A DNA stretch of 64,000 bases from Felis catus. Taxonomy: Eukaryota. The notes under the pieces are model-generated. The model saw only the letters and a list, made by a program, of their open reading frames with translations. It had not been told where the DNA came from and did not search any database. Made by a program: the position numbers and the translations under genes. The stretch spans positions 105,712,001 to 105,776,000 of the forward strand of contig NC_058368.1 in assembly GCF_018350175.1 (NCBI RefSeq). The letters run 5' to 3'. Positions 38,781 to 51,150 of this stretch are shown here, piece by piece; position 1 is the stretch's first letter, and each line of letters begins with the position of its first letter.

Positions 38781-39819
38781 AAGAAAATAAATTTAAAAAA
38801 TTGCAAGACAGCAAAAACTGCTGAGATTTAGGCCATATTTATATGTGCATGTAAGTTTCTGAGGAAATACTAAAAGTTACATGCTGTAATGTAATGTTAC
38901 ACCCTGCAATAATACTAAACTCAAATCCTGTGTTAAATCCAATTCAACCAACCTTGAGCTGACATCTCGGTCTTGATTTGAAACAGCAGAGCTACAATCT
39001 TTCTACTGAATAATGTACTCCCCTTTCTTGAATAGTCCAGAAGCTATTTTTTATTCAAAAATACAAGAATCAGTCTTGAATTTTCTCCCTCAACACTCCC
39101 TGGAATTTTGCTGAAATTATTTGGTATTCAGGTAAGCATGTAATGGAAGGCAGAAAGGATTCAAAAGTTGATTTCATCTAAAAGGAGAAAACTGAAAAAA
39201 AAAACTGCAAAATTTATTCCATCTTACTAAATTCATATGGTGAATAGAAACCTAATATAGTCTTATTTATTTCCATGAAGCACTTCTTTGCTTACTAAAG
39301 TTATCACTGGAGCTTAGCTTTCAAAATGGCTTTATAAACAAAATTGATAGGAACAGTCAAATTATTTCTTCACTACGTCGATGTAAGATTTTTAGATAAT
39401 GATATAGTCACGATCTGTAGATTAGTTTGTGGAAAATAAGTAATACAAAATGAGTAATGAATGACTGGTTTTAGTACACAAAAATGAAAACCTCTCAAGA
39501 TTTCTTTCTTCCTCTTTTTTGTTTAGGCATGGGATACAGAGAAATTATTTCTACATTGTCTCTTCCAGACTTGCTAGAACCGGTCTGTCATTCCCTTAAT
39601 TTTTCCCATACCATTATTATTTTTGTAAAGATATCACTGTTCCTAGACCACAAGGTGTGTTTTTCTAGGAAGCTTTAGACACCTGCCTCGCTGAATTAGC
39701 AGCAGACGTGAATAATATGAAATCCGCATGAAGAAACTGAAGTAATTCTTGCATGATTCATTCACACAAAAAAGATGGTTTCAATCATGGTAACTTTCCT
39801 ATCTCAGAGCCATACATAC

Positions 39820-39942
39820 CAGTACAATAACGCCCATTTGGAGCCAAGACAAATCCTGGTTTGCAGATGCACTTGAAGCTACCATCTTCATTAATGCACA
39901 TGCCATTCAAACACATGTTGGTAGTCGTACATTCATCATGAT
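39820..39942 (-). CDS. FBN2: FBN2 exon 14, cbEGF5 (123 nt)
   Basis: (D)[40 protein letters not shown]; cag| and |gtatgt. Confidence 0.96.
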
Positions 39943-40764
39943 CTGCAGGAGAAGAGCAGAGTTACTTACGCCACTGGCCTTGGGGGAGCTGGCTCCCACT
40001 CCTTCCATTAATAATTACCAATCACATTCTACTACATAAATAAGCTATGTGCTCACTGATTTTTTTTTTTTTCCTAATCTGAATGCCTACCAAGTGAGAG
40101 CCAATAGTGTGGAGAACATGAAGGGTCTTTAGCGTAAGGGACAAGAAGAAAAGAATTAAGGAAATGTTGTGCTTAGTTGTTATTCAAACCACCCGAGGGT
40201 TTTTAATTTGATTAGCAAAAATGTTAATATGACTTCAGGGGTACAAGTGAAATGAACTGGACTTTCATCATTGGGTGAACTATCACCAGTTGCTGTGTGA
40301 ACAGATTATTTGTGTGAGGTACTGATACCTACTGCATTGCCAGACATTGCCAGGACGTCAAATTTAGAGATCGGATTATCACATATGCCAAAAGGTTTTA
40401 CATTCCCCCAGACTGGAGCTCAGGGGAGACCTTTCTAACCTCTGAGTATTGTAATGGCAAAATGTGAAATACTGTAGGTACTAATAATTACCTACGGCAG
40501 AAGAAAAACTGTTACTTTTAATCAAACATATACCGCACAGAAAATTCCCAGAAGCAGTACATTATTCATTGTTATAACATTTCCAAACAATCTTTCCTTT
40601 GACTTTAAGGGTCTCATTCTAAATGCATTTATATTTTACCTAAGTCATCTGAAGAATTCTCACATGTGTGTTGTGTGAGCTTATATGGAAACAGCATATA
40701 TGGTTCTAAATAAAAATGTATATCCCTTAAGAATCTTTTGCAAAGAAGCAGGCAGTTTCCATAC

Positions 40765-40890
40765 CAACACAGTTTTTTCCATCTGTAGTTAATTCAAAGC
40801 CGGCATTGCAAATGCACTGGAAACTTCCATCTGTGTTCACACATCGACCGTTTTTACAAAGGACCCCATTCTGGATGCATTCATCGATAT
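40765..40890 (-). CDS. FBN2: FBN2 exon 13, cbEGF4 (126 nt)
   Basis: (D)[41 protein letters not shown]; cag| and |gtatgg. Confidence 0.96.
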
Positions 40891-41793
40891 CTGGGATAAT
40901 GAAGAATGGCCAAACATTACTCTTTTACAGTAACCACAGATAAAAACAGTAAGGTAATAAATGTGATGTTCAGTATCCAGTCTGTGTGTCTTACACATTA
41001 TACATAAGATCGTGTTGCTTCTTCAGCAAAATTTCCATCTCTCACCAGCTTTTTTTTTTTAAAGTCCTGACTTAACTGTAGGTGAAGAGGGAAAGAAAGA
41101 GAAAAATGGGTTGGTGTGTGGAGGGAAGCTAGGTGCGGGTGGGCAGTGCAATGGAATGGCTGGTATAGCTCTTTTGGACACAATGGTCAAAGACCCCCAA
41201 ATTCAGAGCAGACCGTTGACTAAGAAGACAGGACCGTCAAACTATCTGGGTTAAGAGCAAAATGATGCAACCTGCCGGTTAAGCTTATCTGAGCAACTAC
41301 TCGTGGATGAAGAGGAAATGAAAAAGAAGACAAGCAGAGTCATATGCTAAAAGAATTCTGAGATGAATCACTTTGGAAGAGGGTACTGAGTGTAGCAACA
41401 AAACTGTGATTCAAGACAAGGCCTGACTTCGTATCGGATTATGTGTGAGCATCAAAGGAGACAGTAGTTGAGAACAACTATAAATCTTGAGCTCCATTAT
41501 TCAGACAGCAGTAAGGCTGCTGATGTTATTTTGAGAAAGGAAATTGTGATCTAGGGAAGGGAGAGAAACTGAATTTTGCAAAGCCAGATAGCATGTTGCG
41601 GGGGTTATATATGCAAATAGTGTTTATGTTTAAAGGAAGCACTTCTGAGGGGAGCATAAAATAAACCTGTAGTAATGTAACAGCACCTACTTCATTCCAT
41701 GTCTTATTTTAATATAAATTTACTTTTAACCTCAACAGCCTGGGTCACTATATTTCATGGAACATTTTCACATGTGAAAGCAAACTGCCTTAC

Positions 41794-41913
41794 CAATGCA
41801 TGCTTGCTTAGTAGGAGTCCTCTGGAATCCAGCATGACATTTACAATAATAGGATCCAGGTGTGTTAACACAATCTCCATTAGTGCAGGGATTTGATGTG
41901 CATTCATCAACAT
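41794..41913 (-). CDS. FBN2: FBN2 exon 12, cbEGF3 (120 nt)
   Basis: (D)[39 protein letters not shown]; cag| and |gtaagg. Confidence 0.96.
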
Positions 41914-44900
41914 CTGTGAGCGGCAAAAGAAACCATTACAGACTTCACTCCATTTCTAGAAATGTTTGTTTAAAGTACATTGAGGCCCCCCAAATTTGAG
42001 AGAAGGCCAGTCAGTGGTAATAGTCTAAATAGCGGAGTATTTATAAATGAATGAAAATTCCTTTCTTCAAATACAGAGAGGCCAGTCTAGAGATTTACAA
42101 AAATATTGCCTATTGGAAACTACAAGGGAATTTGCTTTAATCAAGAAATAATGATTTTTCAATTTGAAAAATGCACAATGATTAAAAGCTCTGAGAAGCT
42201 TTTTTTTTTTTAAAGCTGACTGCAAAGTAATAGCCGTGAGTTCCAAAAGGCTATCACACTTACGGTAATCCAGGCAAGTTAATAGCCTCTACACAACCTC
42301 ATAGAGTATTAGAAACCCAATGAAAGATGTTGTAAGATATATATGTATATCTTCATACTGTCAATTTTACTAGTTTTAAAAAAAGAGAATGACAGATTGT
42401 GGAATTTCTGTGTTATTATTTGTCGCCCTCAATTAGATATGTAACTACGTAGGCACCAAGGCTTGGTTATTTCAAGTAACATAGGGTGGGACAGAAAATG
42501 GAAATTAATTAAAACAACGTCTATCATATTCAGCAACCTCAGATTTCTTTAGTACCTTAAGTGGGCACAGGAATTTTTTGCATAAACTAAGTTCAATGCA
42601 AATATGAGTTCTGATCCTGAATGTGACAAACATTACTCCTTTTCATTTAGTTTTCCTAAGGCTTGATTAAATGGAAACCCCATCACAGAACTCAGAGGCT
42701 GCAAGACAAAATGGCAGACGGAACAGTCTGGACTACCCAAAGCCCAGAAAAATCACATGTGCCAGAGTCAGAAAACGTTAAATTCATTTTCTTTCAGCAA
42801 CGCCCACAAAATATAATTTTGGATGCTAGCAAATTAAAACCTTGATGGCTGGTATGGGCATAATGACCTGCCATTTCATGTACATGTAGAGGCCATTAAC
42901 ATATACAATTTCAGCTATATTGGAGAGCACAACAATCCAATGAATTCACAGGTTTACTATTTTCATAAACAGATTACTCCTTTCACAGATGGTCTTTAAA
43001 AAGAAACTGTAATCTATCAAACTCACCAATCTCATTTATATAAACACTCAGAGTAAATGCAATTAAGCCCTCTCTGGTACAGAAGGAGAACAAAAAAAAA
43101 AAAAAAAAATCTCATAGCAAATTAAATAAAAACAACAGAGAGTAACAGGATTAAATGCTTTTTCAATTCATCCAAGGATGCCTTCAGCCCATTAAGATTC
43201 ACTTACATTTCAACTTTGGGTTGATAACATCAATTCTACTGGGCCAAAGGAATGAGGCAAAATGAGAAAAGACAGAGTTTAGAGCATTAGCAAGCATATA
43301 AAGTATACTTAATGGACTTTCCAGTATGAACTATCACCCTGAGTTTGCAGTGTGGAAGATAGCTTAAATTCTCTAGCATACGTAATACTCAAATGCAACG
43401 TTTAAAAATGTGTTGTAGATGCTCCTTTTCAGAAGAGTCTCTGTAAAGCTCTGTTCTAGTGAGGAACATAAGACCATGCACCCAAGCCCCGGGAAGCCAG
43501 GCCACTTCTCAAGACCTTTTGCTTTCTTGAAAACCTGTTCCCAAGCCCCCGCCCCCGCCAATGGCTACGACAGCTCTGGGCATTTATTTTGCCATTACAG
43601 CCCTGAGCCTCTGAGAGACCACACCAAGGGATCAGTACACAGAAAGATACAATAGTTCACTTACTTATTTCTTCTTTACAAGTGAAAACATCTACCAAAA
43701 ACTATTAGTGCGTTTAAAATCCATGCCTTTAAAACCCCACTTGTTTTTTGGGATTGCTGTAAGATTTTAAGTTTTAGTCTAATCAGAAATGACCACTGCC
43801 ATGTTGTGAAACGTACATTTTCATGGCTCTTGATTCTGAGGTCTCACGGCCTAGTCCTTCCAAGTGATCACCTCTGTTTCTCCTGGTGTAGGGGAATAGG
43901 GGCACTGTGCACTTTGGTTTCTTCCTGTGTTTTCATTGGGGACTGAGTACTTTCCAGCAAAATTCACAGGATTTTAAACTCCTGAAATTAATGAAGTCAC
44001 TGAGACAGCTGCTGATTATCAAAATGGTTACATTCTCGGATACTATCAGGGTGAGAAATATTTAGCCTTGAAAAGTATTTTATATTCCAAATTAGTAATC
44101 ACTTAATTGGCAAGGGCTCTAAGATTACCTGTGGCCCAACAGAAACAGAAAGTATTTCTTATTATTCCAAAATAAAATTATTTGAATGGAATTAACACCT
44201 ACTGCTAACAGCAGTTTTTCTTATATGGACATAAACGAGTGCCAGAATCACATTTGAGAGAAGAACTCTCAGGAAAAGGAGAGAAAAATGTGGTGAGTAA
44301 ATAAAACTTTACAGGTCTCAGGAGTAATTCTTAGAACAGCAAAATGGACCCAATTCTATTTTCCTTTTCTGTGATCCTTTAAAAGAGTTACCACCTTTCA
44401 TGTTAGGACAGTTCATCAGTATCTACCACAAATTCCCAAATAATAATGGCTGTTTGTTATTCCTCAAAACACAGCATAATTAAAGTAGTTACCAACCCTA
44501 TCTTGGGCTCCTATAATTTAAAACACTAGTTAACTCATATCCTCTGAACTTTTTCTGATATCCTGACCTATTTATAAACTCAAACTGATGAGAAGCTGAC
44601 CCTACAAAAAATACTGAAATAAAAATATTAAAAATTCACTTTCTGAAAATATTCCCTGATCCTTATCTTTGTCTCTATGAATTACTATGGTTAGAAAGAT
44701 AATCTTGCTTAGGTTTTAACTTTGCAGGACCAGAGGATGAGACCAATCTAGAATGGAACTGTTTGTAACAACGTTTGGGTAAAATACAAAAGTGAGAGGT
44801 ATATTAACACCTTAACTGTACAGACGTGCAATCCCAATGCTACCATAGACAGAGTTTTTAAAAGGGGTGGTAGCAGCCCTTCTCACGTGGGTTCCAGAAA

Positions 44901-45338
44901 AGGAAAGACCTATTTAGGACACCCATTGTATGTGATTAGCTCCTATCCTTTGCATCTGGAGTTATACTACCTGTGCATCACCCTTGGGGGGATTCATGAA
45001 AATAGTTACTGAAATCACTTTCTGTAGGACTTAATTCTCTACACAAACCCTGGTTAAGGAGATGCTGGATTGCACACATGACTACAGAAAAAAACTTTTG
45101 ATCCTTAAAGATAATTCTTTATGCCAATGGTTCACAGAATCCCCCAGAGTACAGGTGTTTTCCTAGATAGAATGAAGTACACCTGGGTGCTAATATGAAC
45201 TAAACGGTGGTCTGTGGCTAACTGAAACAAAATATTTAACTTTTGGCCTATTTTTATTTGTTTGTTAGTGAATCATGCAGTGACATATGAATCACAAACA
45301 TTAGTAGCAAAAAAAAAAAAAAAAAAAAGTCAATCATG

Positions 45339-45544
45339 GGACTCCTGGGTGGTTCCGTCGGTTGGCCACCTGGCTTCAGTTCAGATCACGATCTCATGGT
45401 TTGTGAGTTCAAGCCCTGTGTCGGGCACTGTGCTGACAGCTCAGAGCCTGGAGCCTGCTTTGGATTCTGTGTCTCCCTCTCTCATTGCCCCTTCCCCACT
45501 CATATTCTGTCTCTCTCTGTCTCAAAAATAAATATACATTAAAC
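45339..45544 (+). mobile_element. CanSINE
   Basis: TSD aaaagtcaatcatg; inserted beside a pre-existing A-run. Confidence 0.93.
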
Positions 45545-45737
45545 AAAAGTCAATCATGTTTCAATTGATTTTGTATGTATGTACAAGATTTTATATATTG
45601 TATGCTTATAATCATGTTTTCTAAGAGGAAAGTCACTTACAAGTCATATAATAATAAATATATCAGTATTTCACAGTGATCCCAAAATAATCACCTGGTC
45701 TATCACTTAAACCAGTGTCCGGGAGTATCAGCTAAGC

Positions 45738-45844
45738 CAGGGCTCCTGTAAAACCCTAGGGTAAGACATTTATATAGATTATGTGAATGGCCCCTCTAGA
45801 CTTGTGCAGCGCAAAACTTGTGCAACTGTACATGAGGATCCTGA
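45738..45844 (-). mobile_element. Possible MER91-like hAT DNA transposon relic
   Basis: caggg...cctg ends; minus strand gttgcacaagttttgcgctgcacaagtctagaggggccattcacat resembles recalled MER91. Confidence 0.45.
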
Positions 45845-46129
45845 GGTAAGCCTCACTGAATCATTCTGATCTTAGAGCTCTGTATTAGTTTACAATAATT
45901 GGTTTTTCCAAAACATCACATTTGGCTCACATCTTCCCTCATAATCATAGTGCACTTAAAACTTCTCAGTTTGCCCTGGCAAAATTATGATACTATCTGT
46001 TCCTGGTCTTGTCATCTGTATGCTATAACAGAAGATGTGAACCCAAATAGGGTATATTTAGGGTTATACTAATCATGAAACATATACACAACCATTCCCT
46101 AAACTACTCCTAAACTAAAACTATTCTCA

Positions 46130-46620
46130 AGAGATCATCAAAACCCTCTTCATCATAAAATCCAAAAGATTTTTCGGTCCTCATGATATTTCTGCCATAC
46201 TTCTCACTTGCCGATACTTTTCTCTTCAAAGGGTACCCCTGTGGAGCTTCAGTGACATAATACTTTTGGATTATCTGGCTATCTCACCAACTATTACTGG
46301 GTTTTGTTTATGGGACCATGCTGCTATTGCACAGGGTTCCAGCCACAGTGCTACTGTTATCTTTCTACTCCTGCTGGGGTTCGTTCAGCCTGGGTGACAA
46401 TACTCACCATCACGGTTCTCACAGTCACCTGAATTTCACTGATGCCTCGATCTGTAACTCTAGCTCTGAATACTCCCATTAGCTTTAGACCCTTATAACT
46501 CAATGTCCCAGATACCTAATACTCCATATGTCCAAAAGTGACTCATCAACTGTAACCTCCCAATCTGCACCTTCTTCTGCACGGTGACGACACTACCATA
46601 TATCCAGTGCTGTTCAGCTA
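46130..46620 (+). mobile_element. LINE-2 remnant
   Basis: Pyrimidine-rich ctgatgcctcgatctgtaactctagctctgaatactccc...atgtccaaaagtgactcatc; highly diverged. Confidence 0.55.
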
Positions 46621-46837
46621 TGAAGGAAGGAAAGAGAGAGGCAGAGACAGAAATCTGAATATTTAGCATGTGAAAAAGTGGCAGATTCTTGAAAGAGCCT
46701 ATGGAAGACCATGCACACAGCAGAGACACGCTGGAAATTAGCTTTGCTTCAAAAGACTCTTGTTTTAATGATATCCGGTCCAATTTGTTCCTAAAGCTAT
46801 GAAAAAACACAGAAGGGTTAAAGAATCATGAGCTTAC

Positions 46838-46975
46838 CTATGCAGTCCCCATTTGAATCCTGCTTGTACCCCATGTTGCATTCACATCGGTAGCTAGACA
46901 CGGTAGGTATGCAGCGTCCATTTAAACACAGATTAGCATGGTGCTTACAGATATCTATTGTCTGGTTCAGAATAG
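46838..46975 (-). CDS. FBN2: FBN2 exon 11, EGF4 (138 nt)
   Basis: (T)[48 protein letters not shown] sequon; tag| and |gtaagc. Confidence 0.96.
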
Positions 46976-47808
46976 CTACACAGAAAGAAAGCACAAGTGG
47001 TGTTTCATCATTACAACATGCACTGCTTTTATTAAAGCTGATTTTTAAAAGGCTATTTCATAGTCCACTCAGGTGCACATATCAAAGGCTCACATTATTC
47101 TACATTAAAACTTGAATGTTGAAAATCTAAAAGATATTCCTGAGACACATGGTAGTAACTTGCATTTGTTAAGTTATACATCTGGAAACCCTGCCCATAA
47201 TGATGTCTTTTCAAAATTTCAGGAATGTTCTACTGTACATTTGAATGCTTTCCATTCCCCCCCCCTTTTTTTTGTAACTGTGCTGAATATTCAGATATAG
47301 TAAATAGGCCACATGCCAAAAAGAATAAACAGAACACTGTAGGACATCATTAAATATTATTAGCAAGAGCAGTTCTTATAAAAAGAATGGACTTAAACGT
47401 CAAGTACGCCAATGCCAGTTCTGGCTGGAAGCCCAAGTTATTCAACAAAAAAGGGTGAGGAAAAGAAAGATATTTCATTAAAATATTTGGATAGGCACAG
47501 AGCAAGAGCAAGACTTATTCAGTTTATCTCAGTTGAAAAATGGTCCTGGAAAATAATTCAAGGGGTGTATGAACAGGGCAGCTCCAAACGGCCAAATGAA
47601 ATACACTGGAACCAAAAACATGCTCTTTAATGGCGTCATCTGGACTGGAGTGTTACCATGCTCTTGTCTTTATTTTCAAAGCGAACTCGGGTCACTCTTC
47701 CTGTCTCCAATTTAGAAAGCTTATGGAAGAGAAAAACAGCATTTTCCTAAGAATTTTTTACTACTACATTATTTTAGATCTTGAAATAAGTTTTACACAC
47801 ATGCACAT

Positions 47809-47809
<1 letters not shown>

Positions 47810-47846
<37 letters not shown>
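47810..47846. repeat. (CA)18 microsatellite, (UG)n in FBN2 pre-mRNA
   Basis: Uninterrupted CA run about 80 nt into intron 10. Confidence 0.95.
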
Positions 47847-47848
<2 letters not shown>

Positions 47849-47927
47849 CTTCTGAAAAAGATGTTAGGTATTAAAGTATCATTTAAGGCAGAAAACTGAA
47901 GTGTCTACACAAAGAGTGAACACTCAC

Positions 47928-48161
47928 TTAGTCCAGTGATGATGGGCCCCTGTCCTCCGGCTCCTACACCAGCTCCCCCAACTCCAGGAGAAAAGCCATT
48001 GCCTCCAGGGATGGGGATGAAGCCTGTCCCTCCTGGGCCATAGCCATTGCCATTGCCACTTGGGGCAAAGCCATTCCCCCCAGTGCCTCCAGGTCTGGAA
48101 CCAGCACTCCCTGGAATCCCTCCTATTGGAAGTCCATCCATGCAAAGTCTACGATATTCCT
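47928..48161 (-). CDS. FBN2: FBN2 exon 10, end of TB1 plus glycine-rich region (234 nt)
   Basis: (E)[44 protein letters not shown]...GPIITGL; tag| and |gtgagt. Confidence 0.97.
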
Positions 48162-49658
48162 CTAGAAGAAAAAAACATCAGTTAAACATGGATGGATGAC
48201 CTTCTGCACGATAAAAACCATCTCTCTACTGTAAGATTATTTTAGATTATCTCTATTATTTGGTCTGAACAAGTAAGATATTATCTTGATAAATGTTTTC
48301 AATGCTAGCAGTAGCAGGAAATGGTAGAGATGTTTCAGAAAAAAAATTAAAACCTATTTGCCATATTTTAACTGGGTTGTATAACCAAAGAGTTGTCTAT
48401 ATGTGCATTTTGATTTTATCTCCCCAAGTGCAACTTGTAAAATTCCAGATATAACTATGAATGCAAGAAATTTTGTTAAGTGGATGAAAACGAAAGCTTT
48501 AAGTGATTCATTATTTATATTTGGTTTTAATGAAAACTTCATCAGCATTGCACCTACACATTGTTCCTATCTCCTTTCTTTTCTTTACGTGATTAAGGTG
48601 GCTTCAGAAAATACTTTTTTTTCTAATATGGATTTTAACAGAAGACAGTGTTTAGTCAGCTTTTCAATCTTCGCCTTATTTTCCCAAGTATTAAAACTGA
48701 GAGAAAAGAAGCAAGCCTATAAGTCATCTCCTTATTTTCTTATCTGTTCTCAGAATTAGGGCACTGTGTCAGTAGAAATGAAGATTATTTCACTGAAGCA
48801 ATTGTCTCAGGGTTAATACTACTAGTGAGACCATTAGTTTCCAAAATTATATACTATGCATTATTGGTACTTTTTTTTTTTTTAACACTTTTTACTACTC
48901 AATTTTGATGCTGGATAGCTTAGAGATTTTGAAGGAATATGCCTTAGTATTTTTCTCCATAACAGTACATATAGACACCTATCTTTAGAAGAATAGTTCA
49001 CATAGTTTAGTTGTTTTCATAATACTACAGTTTAACATAAAGGCTACATAATAAGACATATTGAATGCCTATATGTAACTGATACACATTAATTATAATT
49101 TACCATTCATATCACATTAACAAGAGGAGTTACTTCCCATTTAACCTAAAGTAATTTCCACATACAACCTCAATTATATGGTTAGTTAATATAGTAAAAT
49201 GAATGACAGGTGTCCTTCTACCCTTGTATTCTTAATATTCAGGTCATTAGAAATGAGGAAATATCTCCAAGGATTGGGTTACTAGAAAATAGGGGCACTT
49301 ATGAAATAAAATATAAATGGAGGTTACTCAAAGACAGTCATAGCTCTGAAATGAAAGATAAGCAGATTTCTAAAATGAATTGAAATACTGATGTTCAGAA
49401 TAATTTTTAAAACTACTCAAAGACCAGTCATAATCAGCTTTCAGGAATTTTTCTGATATTAATAAAGTGGATATAATAAAAACTGATCCCAAATAAACAA
49501 TGCTGCCCTATCCCTCCCCAAAATACCCTAGTCATACTGAAGACAGAGAGAGGAATACACATATGACTGGACTTTCAGAAGAGCAAAGTACATTACTGTT
49601 GCTGATTTTCCTAACACTGCCCATCCTGAGGAGACAAGCAAAGCAGGCAGCTGCTCAC

Positions 49659-49811
49659 CGGAGCCTCTGACGGGACAGGCCTCAGGAATGGTTCCGACAC
49701 CCCAGCAGCGGCCGGGCTCACAGCAGCATTGCATTTTTGTCATTCTGCCCGGGAGCTCTTGTGCACAGCGACCATTCACCAGGCCCGAGAAACACGTGCC
49801 TGTTCTCTGAT
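49659..49811 (-). CDS. FBN2: FBN2 exon 9, TB1 (153 nt)
   Basis: (D)[53 protein letters not shown] motif; cag| and |gtgagc. Confidence 0.97.
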
Positions 49812-49954
49812 CTGAACATGTGGAAACAAAAGAGAAGGCGTGGAAAAATTATTTCAGGTTCTTACATCCATTACTTTACATATTAGAAGAGGCTAAGTGA
49901 AGGTAATCTTACTTAACCTCTATTATACCTATTTGTTCTTTTGCTTTCTATGAC

Positions 49955-51150
49955 ATTTGTTCATTCCCTTACTCATTTTCTAAGCAAATACTCACTGACC
50001 TATTCCATGTCATATCCCAGGCATACAGTAATGAAAGACACAAAGCAGATGTGAGCCCGTATTATAGAGCCAGAGCTTGAAAGAAAGTAAGAGCCCAATT
50101 CCAGCCTAGATTATCCAATCTCCAGCTGACTTGCAGACGCACAGTGCTGTTCGCCACTGAGCGTTTACGGCTGTTTGTTACACAGCAATACCTGACCAAT
50201 ACAGCTCCTGTTCTAGAAAGGTTGATCACAAACAGCTCCTCTGAGCCAGTGACATCTGAGCAGAGACCTGCATGGTATGAGACCAGGTGCCATGTGATTA
50301 TCTGAGGGAAGAAGTTGGAAGAAGAAGAAGGGGATGTGCTCAATGTGTGTAAAAACAAGGGGCCAACGCAGCCAGAGAAGGGAACACAAAAGGAGAGTGG
50401 AAGACTCTAAGCTCAGAGAAATACCAAACACAATACCACGTGAACCATTAGAGAAGGACTTTTCAATTTTATATGGAGTGCTGTAAGAGTCACTGGATGC
50501 TTTCAGTTAGAGGAAAGATAATGGTTTACATTTTTAAAAAGAACTCTTTGGCTGTTGACAGTGGTGAGTGCAGGAATAACAGTGATGGGAATTGGTGACA
50601 GAAAATGGGGACCCAGATGATGGTGGTAGCAGTGACAATGATAAAAGCAATCAGATGGCAGATATATTTTGAAGGTACAGCCCAGGGGGAATTGCTTGGG
50701 AGTAGGGTATGAGATTAAGAGAGTCTTGGAAATTTCCTAAGTTTTTGACTTAGACAGCTGAGACAGGAAGACAAGGGGAAAAACAGGATTCGGGGACATA
50801 GTACAAGGCTTCTCTAAAACATGTTACCTCTGGGATGTTGAATACAGGAGCCTGGAACCCTGAGGGACAGTCAGGCTCAAGGTACATACCTATGAATGAG
50901 GTGTGTACACATGTGTTGTAAGCCATGAGGCGGGACAAGACGTTTTTGAGAATTAGGGCAATAAATGATATCAAATGGTGGTGACAAGTCAAGTCAGGTG
51001 AGGACCAGGCTGTAACCATGGGGCCTGGCAGGACTGTGATGGTGAGGAGTTTTGCATTATCCTGCAGTGTTGGGAGTAGAGCACTGACACGATCAAGTTT
51101 GATTACAATAAAAGGTCCCCTGGCAGCAGAGTAGCAAATGGATCAAAACA
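49955..51150 (-). mobile_element. LINE-2 remnants (fragmented)
   Basis: catttgttcattc...aagcaaatactcactg 3'-end signature, then gtgacatctgagcagagacctg and atatattttgaaggtacagcc; probably interrupted by other relics. Confidence 0.65.
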
